Notes: generated by a model from the letters alone, not told the origin. A DNA stretch of 58,440 nt from a virus (IMGVR_UViG_3300009506_000035:1-58440), one strand, 5' to 3'; positions 28,660 through 38,554 are shown, counted from the stretch's first letter. Translations and numbers: made by a program.

Positions 28660-29616
28660 TCACAGCACCCTGCGGTAGGGGTGGACCAAGTCATTTGCCA
28701 TTTGGATGTAGTCCTGCTGGGTTTTCGTGCCGCCACCCGACGCGCCACCCGAGACGGTTTGTACCGCCGTCGAAGTCGCTCCGCGGGTCAACGCCTGCGC
28801 TACGGCGTAGTAGATGGCCGCCTGCTGCACCGACGCCGGCAAAGCGGACAACATCGTGCCCGCCTGATGCCCAAATGACAGGGCACTGGACAGGGTTAAC
28901 GTGCCTGGACCCGAAATCGCGCCCGAGGTAGCCGGAGTGACGGACGAGACCGTCACGAACTCCTGAATCCCGCCGTCGTCGTACAGTGTCCCGGACGCGC
29001 CGTCCCAGCCTGTAATGTCGTCCACCGTGACCGTAGAGGCGGCCTCAGCAACAGACGCTGTCAGAGAGCAGTGGGGCCAGCCGTTGACGTACGTAACTTG
29101 AATCCGGTACGCACTCCGGCCGAACATCCACGTGACCCATCCAGGAGCAAGCAGGATCCCGGCACCACCGGCACCGGACGAGCTGGGTGCGCTGGTGCCG
29201 TACATGCCAATTACGGGGATCTCAACATCCCAATAGTCGGAGGACACCGTCGACCATGAGCGCGGAAACGCGCCCGCCGACGACACTTTTCCACTTACAA
29301 TGGACGTAACGGGAAAACGTGACGCCAGCAATCGCGCGACACCGGTTGGCTGCAGCTGGCAGCGGAAATCACCCGGACCAACGAATTCCTCGGTGTCCAC
29401 TGTGGCGCGTAGCGGCTGGTCGCAGTGCCCGTCAACCATCGCAGTTGCCCGGACGCAAATGTTCGTGATCTCGGCCAGTTGCTGCTCGACGGTAGCGCCC
29501 ATTTTCGGCAGGTTGGACCAGGCGATACCGGTCGACGCCTGCCGGAGCATCTCAGGCGTGATGTAGGGAGTGCCGGGGCCAGCGATAGGCACCAGCGACG
29601 GATTGGTCAGCGCCAT
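28660..29616 (-). CDS. Head-to-tail adaptor
   Basis: PYITPE..RAT..VDGHC.QPL, VTYVNGW, LP..VQQAA, PYRR end. Confidence 0.72.
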   Translation of the reverse strand: MALTNPSLVPIAGPGTPYITPEMLRQASTGIAWSNLPKMGATVEQQLAEITNICVRATAMVDGHCDQPLRATVDTEEFVGPGDFRCQLQPTGVARLLASRFPVTSIVSGKVSSAGAFPRSWSTVSSDYWDVEIPVIGMYGTSAPSSSGAGGAGILLAPGWVTWMFGRSAYRIQVTYVNGWPHCSLTASVAEAASTVTVDDITGWDGASGTLYDDGGIQEFVTVSSVTPATSGAISGPGTLTLSSALSFGHQAGTMLSALPASVQQAAIYYAVAQALTRGATSTAVQTVSGGASGGGTKTQQDYIQMANDLVHPYRRVL

Positions 29617-29637
29617 CCCGGCACACCCTCCCGGCTA

Positions 29638-30201
29638 CTAGCTGGCTGGCGGGGGAACATTCTTGCGTGGCCTTCCTGGCCTGCGGCGCTCCGACGCCGA
29701 CGCGTCTTCTGCGGAATCGTCGTCGGCACCTTCGCCGCCGCCCTCACCGTTTTCCTCATCGTCGGGCTGCCCGTCGGCCAGCCCCGACTCGGCCAACATT
29801 GCCGACAATGCGCGCTTTTCGTTTGGCGACAATGCGGCGATCTGTTCCAGCAGAGACGGGCCAGTGGTCGACACAGCTGGCGGCATCGCCATCTGCGCGC
29901 CCATCACCTCCGCAAACGCCTTCCCCAGCGCCTGCGGATCGCCCCAGGTCCGATTACGCTCGCGCTTGGCGCGCGCCTCGTCCGCCTCGACGACCGCGAG
30001 CTCGTCCGGGGTCAGATGCACACCCTCAGGCGTGTGCGCCCATCCCGTCGCTGCGGCGATGATGTGCGGCTCGCACGCCGGGCAGGTGACGGAGAACCGC
30101 TCACCATCGGCGAGGTCACCAGCGGTATGCGGCTGCCCGCAGCCGCCGCGAGTTGGCGAAATCGAGATTGAACGGGTATCACTCGGTGCGTAAACGGTCA
30201 T
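29638..30201 (-). CDS. Hypothetical Zn-binding protein with acidic tail and AT-hook-like RPGRPRK
   Basis: GCGQPH..CPAC; TAATG coupling. Confidence 0.6.
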   Translation of the reverse strand: MTVYAPSDTRSISISPTRGGCGQPHTAGDLADGERFSVTCPACEPHIIAAATGWAHTPEGVHLTPDELAVVEADEARAKRERNRTWGDPQALGKAFAEVMGAQMAMPPAVSTTGPSLLEQIAALSPNEKRALSAMLAESGLADGQPDDEENGEGGGEGADDDSAEDASASERRRPGRPRKNVPPPAS

Positions 30202-30488
30202 TATTCGGGCCTCTCTTTCGTTGTCGTGGCCCCGCATCGCGGACAGGTGAAAGTCCACGCCTGCCACGCACGGCCGCCTGGTGTGCAGTCACACCAGCGG
30301 GTCGACTTGGTGGCCAGCGTTGTCGGGTCGGTGGCGGTCATCAGCCCGGACTGGCCATACCAACCCCGGCGGATATGCGCGGCGTGTGTGTCACCGACCT
30401 GGACTCGGCCGTTCCGGTCGGCGTTGTATCGGGTGCCGTCAGCCATGTCCAGGCCCGTGCACCCTGGTGGCACGCTGACTGTGGTCAT
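30201..30488 (-). CDS. Small Zn-ribbon protein
   Basis: PPGC.G.DM.DG..Y; CDC...CPRCG. Confidence 0.65.
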   Translation of the reverse strand: MTTVSVPPGCTGLDMADGTRYNADRNGRVQVGDTHAAHIRRGWYGQSGLMTATDPTTLATKSTRWCDCTPGGRAWQAWTFTCPRCGATTTKERPE

Positions 30489-30745
30489 GTTTGCAGCACC
30501 GACACCGTTGCGGTGCCCGACGCGGTGATCGCGTAGACCACGTCACCGTTGTGTAGCGTCACGTTGAGCGGCGCGTCCTGTTTGGCGAGCAGTAGCCCGT
30601 TCGAGCTGCTGACATTCGCCGCACCCAGGTAGATCGATGCTGTGCCGCCGTTGACGATCCACACGTTGCCGTCGTTGTAAGTGTTGGCGATGGCAACGGC
30701 GGTGGTGCTTACGGTGTATTGCTGGGATCCCAATGACATAGACAT
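30485..30745 (-). CDS. Small beta-rich virion/decoration protein
   Basis: N.G...IYLG..V..SNG..L..GD.VYAI pattern. Confidence 0.6.
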   Translation of the reverse strand: MSMSLGSQQYTVSTTAVAIANTYNDGNVWIVNGGTASIYLGAANVSSSNGLLLAKQDAPLNVTLHNGDVVYAITASGTATVSVLQT

Positions 30746-30813
30746 TGACCTTTCTTGCACGTCGGTGTGGACACGCGTCTTGGCCGTGCGCCCACACCGA
30801 CGTGGGGCAATCG

Positions 30814-31698
30814 TTAGCCGATCAGTCGACCGATGAGCTGGGCGCAGTAAATGCTCGACGCCGTAGCGTTAGCAATCGCATTGATCGTCACCGACGTTGC
30901 GCCGTCCAAAGTCACGATGACCGGCCCAAACGTGGCCGAGCCGGGCGCACCCGCCGTGCTCTCGACACCAATCGGGATGGCCGTCAACAGCGTGGCCGGT
31001 GCCGACGTCCGCAATGACATGTTGTTGCTGTCCGCTGTTGCCACCGTCGTACCGGCGATCGACAACGTACCCGTGAGTTCGTACGTTCCAGCTGCCGGAG
31101 TGGTCAACGTCGCGACCGCGGCATCAGCGGCAGGAGCGGCAGCGGTTGCCGAATCCTGCACTGTTGCCGCAGCGTCACGCACCAGATCCGCATAGGTGCG
31201 TAGACCACCTGCGGTCGTCAATGACAAAGGACTCGTCTGCGCAGTGGTGTAGGTGGGTGCCGTGGTGGTTACGGCGCCTTGGGTGAGACCACCGACTTGG
31301 CCGGACGTGGTCGACCCCTGCGCAACGGTGGCCTCGTCCAGAGTCCGGAGAGACCCGTCAGTTGTCAACGACAAGGGGTCGGTCTGCGCAGTGGTGTAGG
31401 TGGGCGCGTTTGTGGTGACCGCACCCTGGACCAGCGGACCAGTCTGTCCGGACGTGGTCGACCCCTGCGCGACTCCGGTTGTGGCGACCGTGCCGGAAAC
31501 CGGCAACGCCGTCCCGGACGCAGTACCTTGCACAGTCAGGACCGCCGCCGATTCGCTACCTGCGGCGGCGGCCAACGCGACACCGTCGGTGTGTGACAGG
31601 GTGACGATCGCGCCCGTAACACCAGGTCCCGGCTGGATGTAACCACCCTGTACCGGGTAGTCGGAGCTCTCTTGGTTGTATGCGCTGTCGACAGCCAT
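30814..31698 (-). CDS. T/A-rich structural protein with a 49-aa tandem repeat
   Basis: Two VAQGSTTSGQ..GAVTT.APTYTTAQT.PLSLTT.G.LRT units 147 nt apart. Confidence 0.65.
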   Translation of the reverse strand: MAVDSAYNQESSDYPVQGGYIQPGPGVTGAIVTLSHTDGVALAAAAGSESAAVLTVQGTASGTALPVSGTVATTGVAQGSTTSGQTGPLVQGAVTTNAPTYTTAQTDPLSLTTDGSLRTLDEATVAQGSTTSGQVGGLTQGAVTTTAPTYTTAQTSPLSLTTAGGLRTYADLVRDAAATVQDSATAAAPAADAAVATLTTPAAGTYELTGTLSIAGTTVATADSNNMSLRTSAPATLLTAIPIGVESTAGAPGSATFGPVIVTLDGATSVTINAIANATASSIYCAQLIGRLIG

Positions 31699-32003
31699 TA
31701 CGCGATGTTCCCTTCCGTGCGCACATACACCGCAGTGACCGGGGACGTAAGCGACGTGTCCGGTGCGATGATGTTCAGGACAGCGTCAAGGACCATGTCG
31801 TTACCGGCGCGTACTTGGGTTGTGGGCGTCCAGTAGATCGTCACGTCGGCGGTCGACGTTGACGCTACGGCCGTGCCGACAACGTCGACAGCGGCGATGG
31901 TTTTGCCGTTGAATTTCGCGGCAATGGTTGTTGCGTCACCTGCAGACGCGGCCGTTAGGTTCACCACGGTCCTGTAGGTGATCGTCCCTGCTAGGGCAGC
32001 CAT
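31698..32003 (-). CDS. Hypothetical capsid-associated protein
   Basis: Directly after MCP; GAGG RBS. Confidence 0.6.
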   Translation of the reverse strand: MAALAGTITYRTVVNLTAASAGDATTIAAKFNGKTIAAVDVVGTAVASTSTADVTIYWTPTTQVRAGNDMVLDAVLNIIAPDTSLTSPVTAVYVRTEGNIA

Positions 32004-32038
32004 TTCAGTACCTCACACGATGGTTTTGGAATTTTGGA

Positions 32039-32079
32039 GGTGTCTCTGTGCCCCTAGGGAGAAAAGACACAGAGACACC
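32039..32079. terminator. Hairpin downstream of MCP
   Basis: 12-bp stem GGTGTCTCTGTG/CACAGAGACACC. Confidence 0.5.
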
Positions 32080-32099
32080 GGCCTAGAAGAGTACGGAAC

Positions 32100-33950
32100 T
32101 CAGGACCAGGTGCCGGTCGAGCCCGACCGGTCGGTTTGCTGCAGACCCTGGATGATGCCGGAGTACTGCGGCGCGTTGGCTGCCAACGCGCCATAGGTGA
32201 ACAGGCTGTAGCGGAATGTGGCGTCAATGACGGGCCACGAAATGGTCAGGTAGTCCTGGACGAGGTTGTACTCCCAACAGTTGGCTACGTTGCTCCATGC
32301 AAATGGCAACTGGTAGGACAAAAGCAAAGCGGTGCCCTGCGTCAACCACGGGTGCACCACGATCCGGACAATCGACCGCGTAACCGGGTTGACAAACTCC
32401 GACACCGCCGCGCCAGCGCGAACACCCGGGGTGTCGGACGGTTCGATAAACAGGCGGTAGTTTGTTGATGCTCCGCTGGTGACGATGTCATTGGACAGGC
32501 GCAGAATGTCCGAACCTTCACCGATCAGTTCGGCTGGGTCGGCACGGTAAGCGCCGGATCCGCTCCACAGTCCTTGCAGTGCGGTGTTGATGACCGAGAT
32601 CTGCAGTGTGTCGCCTGCGGACTGGTTGACATAGCCGCCGTTCCAGCCGCTGGGGTAGACGTTGCTGCCGCCCTGGCTGTGTGCGGCCAGGACGGGGACG
32701 ATTCCCTCGGGACGGTACGACGAGTATGTGCCGGAATCGGCGGTTGGGGCGGTCGTGCCTGAGGTCGGCACAGCACCACCCAGGGTGTAGTTTTTCGCGC
32801 CAACGGATGTTACGAACTGGTAGTAGGTCCCGGGGACTGTCCCGACGGCGGCGTAGATGTTGTACCAGAGCGCGCCGGGTACGGGGGCGATTTGGACGTC
32901 CACAACGGATGTGCCGGAAGTGACGCTCGTGCCGGCCGTGGCGGATCCGGCAGCTGTCTCGCCGTAGTAGTTGCATGCGGTGATTTTGACGTTGAGTGTG
33001 CTGTTGGTGATCGTGCCGCTGAGTGCGGTTTCGCCGGAGTTGGCGTTGCGGACGGTGAGCGTCGGCGCGCCCGGGGTGGACAGCGCGGTTGATGTAGCGG
33101 ACAGGATCAGTGCCTCCTCGTTGAGCATGAACTCCTGGAGGAGGATGAGGTTGGCCAACGCGGAGACGTCCTCAAATCCCTGACCCGCGAACTGCGCCAG
33201 CCAGGAGACGTTTTCGGACAGGCCAGCGAACCGGTACGGCACGCTGATGTCGACCGAGTCCTGATTGCCGCTTGCGGGCAGGTTCAACGGCCAGTTGCTC
33301 ATGGACCCGCCACCCGACAGTTCCGGGATAGCAATATCAACAAACGACCCGCCCGACGACCCGGTTTGGCTGCCGCTGATACCGGTGACGATCTTTGCCC
33401 GGTAGCTGGTGCCCTGGCCCTGCGTGCGGGGGAGCTTGTTACGGATGGGACTGTAAACGGGGTAGATCAGTCGGGATGGCGCAACCAGGTTGAACGGAAC
33501 CAGTCCGCTCGACAGTGGCGACGTGAGCGTGATGCTCTTACCGATCGCGGCGCTGACTTGTTGCTGCAGGCTCGCCACGACCTGGCTCATCATCGCGGTC
33601 TGCGGGTTCGCGGCCAGGAACGCGCCAAACTGTGACGCGAACTGTGGCGACAGCGATTTGAAAACCGCGTCAGGGTTGCGCAAAGACGTGCCGATGGCGG
33701 ACTTCCATGCCTTTTCAGCGCGCATGGCACGGTTGAAGATCCGGTCGGGATCGACCAGAGGCGCGTTGCCGCCTTGTCCGAACGCGGTTGCCTTGTCGGT
33801 GTTGGCGTAGCCAACGCCCTTGACCAGGGTGGTCATTTTGTCGGCAACGGCGGTGCCCGCCGAGTCGTATTGGGTCAGGTCAGTCTCGGAGATGATCATA
33901 TCGGGATCGTTCGCTCCGTGTGCTTTGACCAAATCCACGGTTTTGCCCAT
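32100..33950 (-). CDS. Major capsid protein
   Basis: FNL.AP..LIYPV.SP.RN.LPR..G.G, EE..IL, VHPWL.QG motifs; AAGGAGG RBS; follows the protease. Confidence 0.85.
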   Translation of the reverse strand: MGKTVDLVKAHGANDPDMIISETDLTQYDSAGTAVADKMTTLVKGVGYANTDKATAFGQGGNAPLVDPDRIFNRAMRAEKAWKSAIGTSLRNPDAVFKSLSPQFASQFGAFLAANPQTAMMSQVVASLQQQVSAAIGKSITLTSPLSSGLVPFNLVAPSRLIYPVYSPIRNKLPRTQGQGTSYRAKIVTGISGSQTGSSGGSFVDIAIPELSGGGSMSNWPLNLPASGNQDSVDISVPYRFAGLSENVSWLAQFAGQGFEDVSALANLILLQEFMLNEEALILSATSTALSTPGAPTLTVRNANSGETALSGTITNSTLNVKITACNYYGETAAGSATAGTSVTSGTSVVDVQIAPVPGALWYNIYAAVGTVPGTYYQFVTSVGAKNYTLGGAVPTSGTTAPTADSGTYSSYRPEGIVPVLAAHSQGGSNVYPSGWNGGYVNQSAGDTLQISVINTALQGLWSGSGAYRADPAELIGEGSDILRLSNDIVTSGASTNYRLFIEPSDTPGVRAGAAVSEFVNPVTRSIVRIVVHPWLTQGTALLLSYQLPFAWSNVANCWEYNLVQDYLTISWPVIDATFRYSLFTYGALAANAPQYSGIIQGLQQTDRSGSTGTWS

Positions 33951-33979
33951 GGAGATTGCCCTCCTTGAAAAAAGAGTCG

Positions 33980-36526
33980 TCAGTGTGTCGCGGGGATGAG
34001 ACGACGCAGCCTGTCCTCCGCCTGCTCACGCATAGCAGGATTCGGATGGTTCAGGAACGGTCTGAGAAACTCGACTTCCTCCCGCACTGCGTTGCTCGCC
34101 GGGTCCGCTTGGACTTTCTCGACCTTTGGAGTCGTGGCCGTCCTGACAACTCCCCGCAGCGGGGCCTGTGCCGGGTCTGGCTGCGCACCGAGACGGTCGA
34201 TCTCGTTTTGCATTTCGGCGATAGTGCTGTCGTATGACTTCGCGGCCTTGGTGACGGCGGTCCTCACGGCTTTCCGAATGTCCCGACGCCGCTCCTTAGC
34301 CTTCTTCTTGCGGGACTTCGTCACCGCCGCGCCTGGTACCGGCGGCACGGTCAGCCCGCTGCTGCGAGTCGGCCGTGCGGTGGCGTGCAGATCAGCCGGC
34401 ATCACATGCCGGCTGGGTGCCATGGGACACGTGTCTGGCGACGTGGCTGCGATATGGTCGTGCAACGCCGCGAGCGCGTTGACTGCGGCAACTTTCGCCG
34501 CTCCTGCGTAGATGTCACGGCCAGATCCGGTCGTCGGCAACACTGGATTGTTGTTGCCTGCAGCGGATGGCGATCCAGCCTGGTGACCAGCAGTGATCAG
34601 ATCCCGATGAAACTGGGTCGGGCTGGGCACATGCGTCGCGGCTGGTGCCTCCACAGGCACACCGCCGGTCGCGTTCAATGGCGCGCGGCCGACCTGAATG
34701 TAAGGACGCCGGAACTGGCCGGGTGTGATCTGGGTTGCTGGGTGCAGGCTTACGTTTGGGTATGCGTCGGTGAACGTTTTGCGGATCTGACGGCGCGCCC
34801 TGTTGAGAACCTTCGCACTGTGCGCACGGCGCAGCGCGGCAACGTCGTCACCGAGTGCACCGCTGAACGCCTTGCCTGTGAGCGCGTCGGCAACACTGGC
34901 CATGGCCGGGTAGGTGGCGGCCACGTCCCGCCAGTCGTAGGCAGCACACAATGCGTCGTGTAGGCGCTTGACGGTATACGGGTCAGAGACCGTCTTAGTG
35001 GCCGGGGACTCGCTGTCGAGGTCAAGATCGCCGATGTATTCCGGCTCGTCGTCGGGCTCGTCGTCGAGGTAGCCGGTGAACTCTGAACGGGCTGGCTTCT
35101 TGCGTGGTTTTTTGCCAAATGGAGGAGCCGCACCAGGAAACGGACTGCCGCCCTTGACTGAATCCGGGATGTCATCCGGGTACCTGTCCAGCGCGGTCGG
35201 CAATCCGGCATCACGCTCAAACGCCTCGACCACTCCACCGTCCGGTTCGCGGTGCTGTCCTGCAGGCCTGACGCTGGACGGCAACGGGCGGCGCTTCTTA
35301 TTCCTCTTCCTCACGGGGACTCCTGACGATTTGACGGTTGTGGGGATCTTTCGGCCGCAGCCCCGGCAGCGCTTTCCGGCCGTCCCGACCTCGCCGCAGT
35401 GAGTGCAGGAGACGCCTTTGGTGAGGTCAGGCTCGGCAACGTCGTCTTTGTCGTTTCGGCCCTGTCCCTGCAGGTTGAACGGCACCAGCCCGCTTGACAG
35501 CGGCTGCGTCGTAGTGATGTTCTTGACCGCCTTTTCGACCTTTTCGACATGCCACGATTCAGGCAACCGAGCCACAAACTCTGGACCCTTGCGGCGCGCG
35601 ATGGAGATCAGCCGACGACGGAACCGCTTCATGGGGATCTGTGGACGGGCGCGCCCGTAACTCGACACCGCATCCGGCACGTCGGCTGGGGTGTGGATCG
35701 GGAACCTGCGTCTCTGCGGATCGATGAAGTCTTCAGCTGGCATCGTGTCGACGTCGACACCCCCGCCGACCTCGGGGCGCACATCACGTTTGGCCAGCCA
35801 CGCGCTCAGGCTGCCGTAGCCGTGCTGATCGCCCTCGTGACTCCACGTCTGCCACTGGTCACGGGCGGCCATTTTCGCCAGAAACGCGGTGCCGGTCATG
35901 GCGGAATGCGCACTCAACCGCGGTTCCCGTGCCAGCCAGTCCGCGCGCTCAGCCTCGTACGTTTCGCGTAGGTCGTCATGTTTTCGTGTCGCTTTTTCTG
36001 CCTTCGCGAGCTGTTTCTGCAGATCGCCGTAGGTCCACGGCACATCAAGATCAGCTGACTTGGCCAAAACCAGCCCGCAATTTTTGTTCGCCGGCCGATC
36101 GACCAGCGAAACCTCCATCAACTCGCCACCAACGATGCGCCCGCCCGGCGCAGCGGCGTCACGCTGGATAACCGGGTTAGCGATCCCAACCGAATAAGCG
36201 CGCAGCACCCGGTTTTTGACCAGCCGTTTGGCCTGGTCCTCAACAACGAGCGCTTTGAGCTGATGCGCATTGTCGCCCAGCTCCACCTTGAGACCCCGGC
36301 CAGCCGGTAGGAGCGTCGGCGAGTGCATGACGCGCACGTTTGGCCCGCTACTCATCCATGTTTGCAGCGCCTTGGCTGACCAGCCCGAATCGACGATCTG
36401 CTTGTCGGAGTCAAGGGTGTTGTCAGTTACGGTGCCGTAGACAACAAGGTTTCCGTCCTTGTCCTCTTCCCATTTTTTGATCGGAAAGCTGACGTGTGTC
36501 AGCTCATCGGATAGCAAGGTCGCCAT
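33980..36526 (-). CDS. Capsid maturation protease/scaffold multidomain protein
   Basis: VYG..T..LDSD.Q, NVRVMH, AYSVGI, EVSLVDRPAN (HK97-type protease); FPIH..DV.DA module; Zn ribbon; coiled-coil C-terminus. Confidence 0.88.
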   Translation of the reverse strand: MATLLSDELTHVSFPIKKWEEDKDGNLVVYGTVTDNTLDSDKQIVDSGWSAKALQTWMSSGPNVRVMHSPTLLPAGRGLKVELGDNAHQLKALVVEDQAKRLVKNRVLRAYSVGIANPVIQRDAAAPGGRIVGGELMEVSLVDRPANKNCGLVLAKSADLDVPWTYGDLQKQLAKAEKATRKHDDLRETYEAERADWLAREPRLSAHSAMTGTAFLAKMAARDQWQTWSHEGDQHGYGSLSAWLAKRDVRPEVGGGVDVDTMPAEDFIDPQRRRFPIHTPADVPDAVSSYGRARPQIPMKRFRRRLISIARRKGPEFVARLPESWHVEKVEKAVKNITTTQPLSSGLVPFNLQGQGRNDKDDVAEPDLTKGVSCTHCGEVGTAGKRCRGCGRKIPTTVKSSGVPVRKRNKKRRPLPSSVRPAGQHREPDGGVVEAFERDAGLPTALDRYPDDIPDSVKGGSPFPGAAPPFGKKPRKKPARSEFTGYLDDEPDDEPEYIGDLDLDSESPATKTVSDPYTVKRLHDALCAAYDWRDVAATYPAMASVADALTGKAFSGALGDDVAALRRAHSAKVLNRARRQIRKTFTDAYPNVSLHPATQITPGQFRRPYIQVGRAPLNATGGVPVEAPAATHVPSPTQFHRDLITAGHQAGSPSAAGNNNPVLPTTGSGRDIYAGAAKVAAVNALAALHDHIAATSPDTCPMAPSRHVMPADLHATARPTRSSGLTVPPVPGAAVTKSRKKKAKERRRDIRKAVRTAVTKAAKSYDSTIAEMQNEIDRLGAQPDPAQAPLRGVVRTATTPKVEKVQADPASNAVREEVEFLRPFLNHPNPAMREQAEDRLRRLIPATH

Positions 36527-36550
36527 GCTGGTCTCCTGGTTTGGGGCATG

Positions 36551-36582
36551 AAAAAACGCCCATGGTCAAAAGACCGTGGACG
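36551..36582 (-). terminator. Intrinsic terminator-like hairpin before the protease gene
   Basis: Minus strand CGTCCACGGTC-TTTT-GACCATGGGCG-TTTTTT. Confidence 0.55.
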
Positions 36583-36603
36583 CTGATGGCGGGATGCGAC
36601 GAC

Positions 36604-36888
36604 TTAGGGCAGGACAGCCGCGTGATTGGTGGTGTCGGCCAGACGCGTCTCCAGCACCTGCCGCGCATCCTCATCGCGGCCATGCATTCGTATCCTTGCC
36701 GCGACCGCAGCCCGCAGCTCATCCTGCGCGCTCTGGCGTGAGCGGAAGTCTGTGGTACCGCGACGAATGATCGGGAACCGTCCTCCCGTCTCAGGTGACG
36801 TTTGGATCAAATGCCAGGTGCCCTTACGCCGACCAGGCTCGACGTGGTACTCGGATCTGGTCCGCAAGCGGGGAGTCCCGATTGACAT
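36604..36888 (-). CDS. Hypothetical protein (overlaps the upstream gene by 65 nt)
   Basis: Fills a gap in the late operon; start uncertain. Confidence 0.4.
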   Translation of the reverse strand: MSIGTPRLRTRSEYHVEPGRRKGTWHLIQTSPETGGRFPIIRRGTTDFRSRQSAQDELRAAVAARIRMHGRDEDARQVLETRLADTTNHAAVLP

Positions 36889-38221
36889 GCCGCTGCAGAT
36901 CCAGCGCAGCCTCGTTGATCTGGTTACGGTCGGCCAAATCGGCCCTGCTGGCCTGCTCGCGTAGCCGCGCCACCGCGTCGGGTCCTGTGATGTCTCCAGA
37001 TTTCAAATCGTCGGCGGCCTCGCGCAAGTACCGTTCCGCTGCGCTGTCCTTTGGCGTGCGCATCGCGGCTGATTCGAGCCCCACCCCGTAGTTGTAGCCG
37101 CCTCCGGGCGTAGGCTTCGGCCTGGCCGCGAGCCGATCGACGATGTCGGACTTCTTCGCGCGGGCTGGTAGTCGTATCCTCTGCGCTGCGGCGATGTCGC
37201 GTAGTTCTGGGACTTTCTTGTCCGCGAGAATCGCACGAGCGTCGTCGGCTGTCTCAGCGCGGCGCAGGCGCGCGGCTACCTCATGCGCGGTTTCTACTGG
37301 CTTTGCTGGTGTGGCCCGGGGGCGTGGCAGCTTCAGGGGTTCGATGGGCCGACCGATGTGGCCCATGCCGCGGCGCAAGACACGCCGGCGGTGTTCCATG
37401 ATCAGGTCCTTGACGGCCTTGTCGGGAGCGTCGTCAAGTGCCACAAGGAGCGCATTGGCTGCCTCAACGTACTTCCCTGCAGCCACGTGCTGGTTCGCCT
37501 CATCAACCAGCTTCTGGTACTCCCGCCGCGGCTTAGCCGTTGGAGCCGCTGGGGGCACCGCTGCTGTTTCCTGCGGCTTCCGCGACGCGCGTGGCTTTGT
37601 AGGCCGAAAATGCTCGGCAGCGGCGCCTGGCTTACCTCGCCGGAAGGTGTGTTGTGCGCCGCCCTCAAATTCAACACGAGTCGTGGTTTTGCCAGCGCGC
37701 TGGACAACACCGCGGCCGAGTTCCGGATGATGCACCGTCTCGCCGACGTCTCCACCGATGTGCAGCCACCCGGGAATGCGCACCCACCTACCGCGACGGT
37801 CGCGCGGCTGGTTGACGTCGAACTTCTTCGCGGCCCACCTTGCACCTCGTCGAGATTTGCCTCGTGCGTGCCGTTCCATGGCGGCGTGGGTGGCTGGGTA
37901 GTAGCCAAGCGCGCCGTGATGGCGAAGGTTGCAAAACCCTTTCGCCTGTTCCGGCGTCATGTGTTCGGATGCGATCGCAACACATCTGTCGAAGTCGTTA
38001 GGAGCGCCCCAGCCGATTCGCGCTGCGCCTTTGCCTCGCTCAAACCAGCGGATCAGGTGCCGCGCACGCCACCGACCGTAAGCGCCCTCGTCGGCCTTCT
38101 GCACTGCGTTGATGGCGTCGGTGAACTTGATGCGACCGGCATCGTCGAAAAGAGTGGACAGGTAGGCGCGCGCTTCGGGCGAGAGTCCGTCTCCTCGCTT
38201 TGGTGTCTGCGTTTTCGGCAC
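36824..38221 (-). CDS. Minor head / capsid-packaged multidomain protein
   Basis: G.GAARI.WG.P.DF.RC...AKGFC..RH..A.G..P module, QPRDRRGRW motif, Rho-N/HeH-like KVPELRDIA..K.DIV. Confidence 0.7.
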   Translation of the reverse strand: MPKTQTPKRGDGLSPEARAYLSTLFDDAGRIKFTDAINAVQKADEGAYGRWRARHLIRWFERGKGAARIGWGAPNDFDRCVAIASEHMTPEQAKGFCNLRHHGALGYYPATHAAMERHARGKSRRGARWAAKKFDVNQPRDRRGRWVRIPGWLHIGGDVGETVHHPELGRGVVQRAGKTTTRVEFEGGAQHTFRRGKPGAAAEHFRPTKPRASRKPQETAAVPPAAPTAKPRREYQKLVDEANQHVAAGKYVEAANALLVALDDAPDKAVKDLIMEHRRRVLRRGMGHIGRPIEPLKLPRPRATPAKPVETAHEVAARLRRAETADDARAILADKKVPELRDIAAAQRIRLPARAKKSDIVDRLAARPKPTPGGGYNYGVGLESAAMRTPKDSAAERYLREAADDLKSGDITGPDAVARLREQASRADLADRNQINEAALDLQRHVNRDSPLADQIRVPRRAWSA

Positions 38222-38248
38222 GACTTCACTCCTGCTCGACGCTGCTGG

Positions 38249-38554
38249 TCATTCCGGCGGTGGTTGATGTTGCGCTAGTGCTATGGCAGCCGCCATATCA
38301 TCCAATGCGGTGCCGTCGGCATCCAATGTGACGGAGTGCAGGTTGTAGTCGGACCCATCCGGCCGACCTTGCGGGTGGAATGGTGCGTCACCCTTACGGA
38401 GTTGGTTGTCGACCCACGCTGTGTGGACATCCACGATGTGTCTCTGGGCTGCCACGACCTGCGGGTCAACTTCATCCCACTCAAATGCTGAGGGATCTAC
38501 AGCCGGTAGACCCCTTTCCAGTTTGACCGCATCATCAACATTTTTCCGATCCAT
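38249..38554 (-). CDS. Small acidic protein (candidate immunity protein)
   Basis: Asp-rich ~100 aa ORF overlapping the end of the portal polyprotein gene. Confidence 0.5.
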   Translation of the reverse strand: MDRKNVDDAVKLERGLPAVDPSAFEWDEVDPQVVAAQRHIVDVHTAWVDNQLRKGDAPFHPQGRPDGSDYNLHSVTLDADGTALDDMAAAIALAQHQPPPE

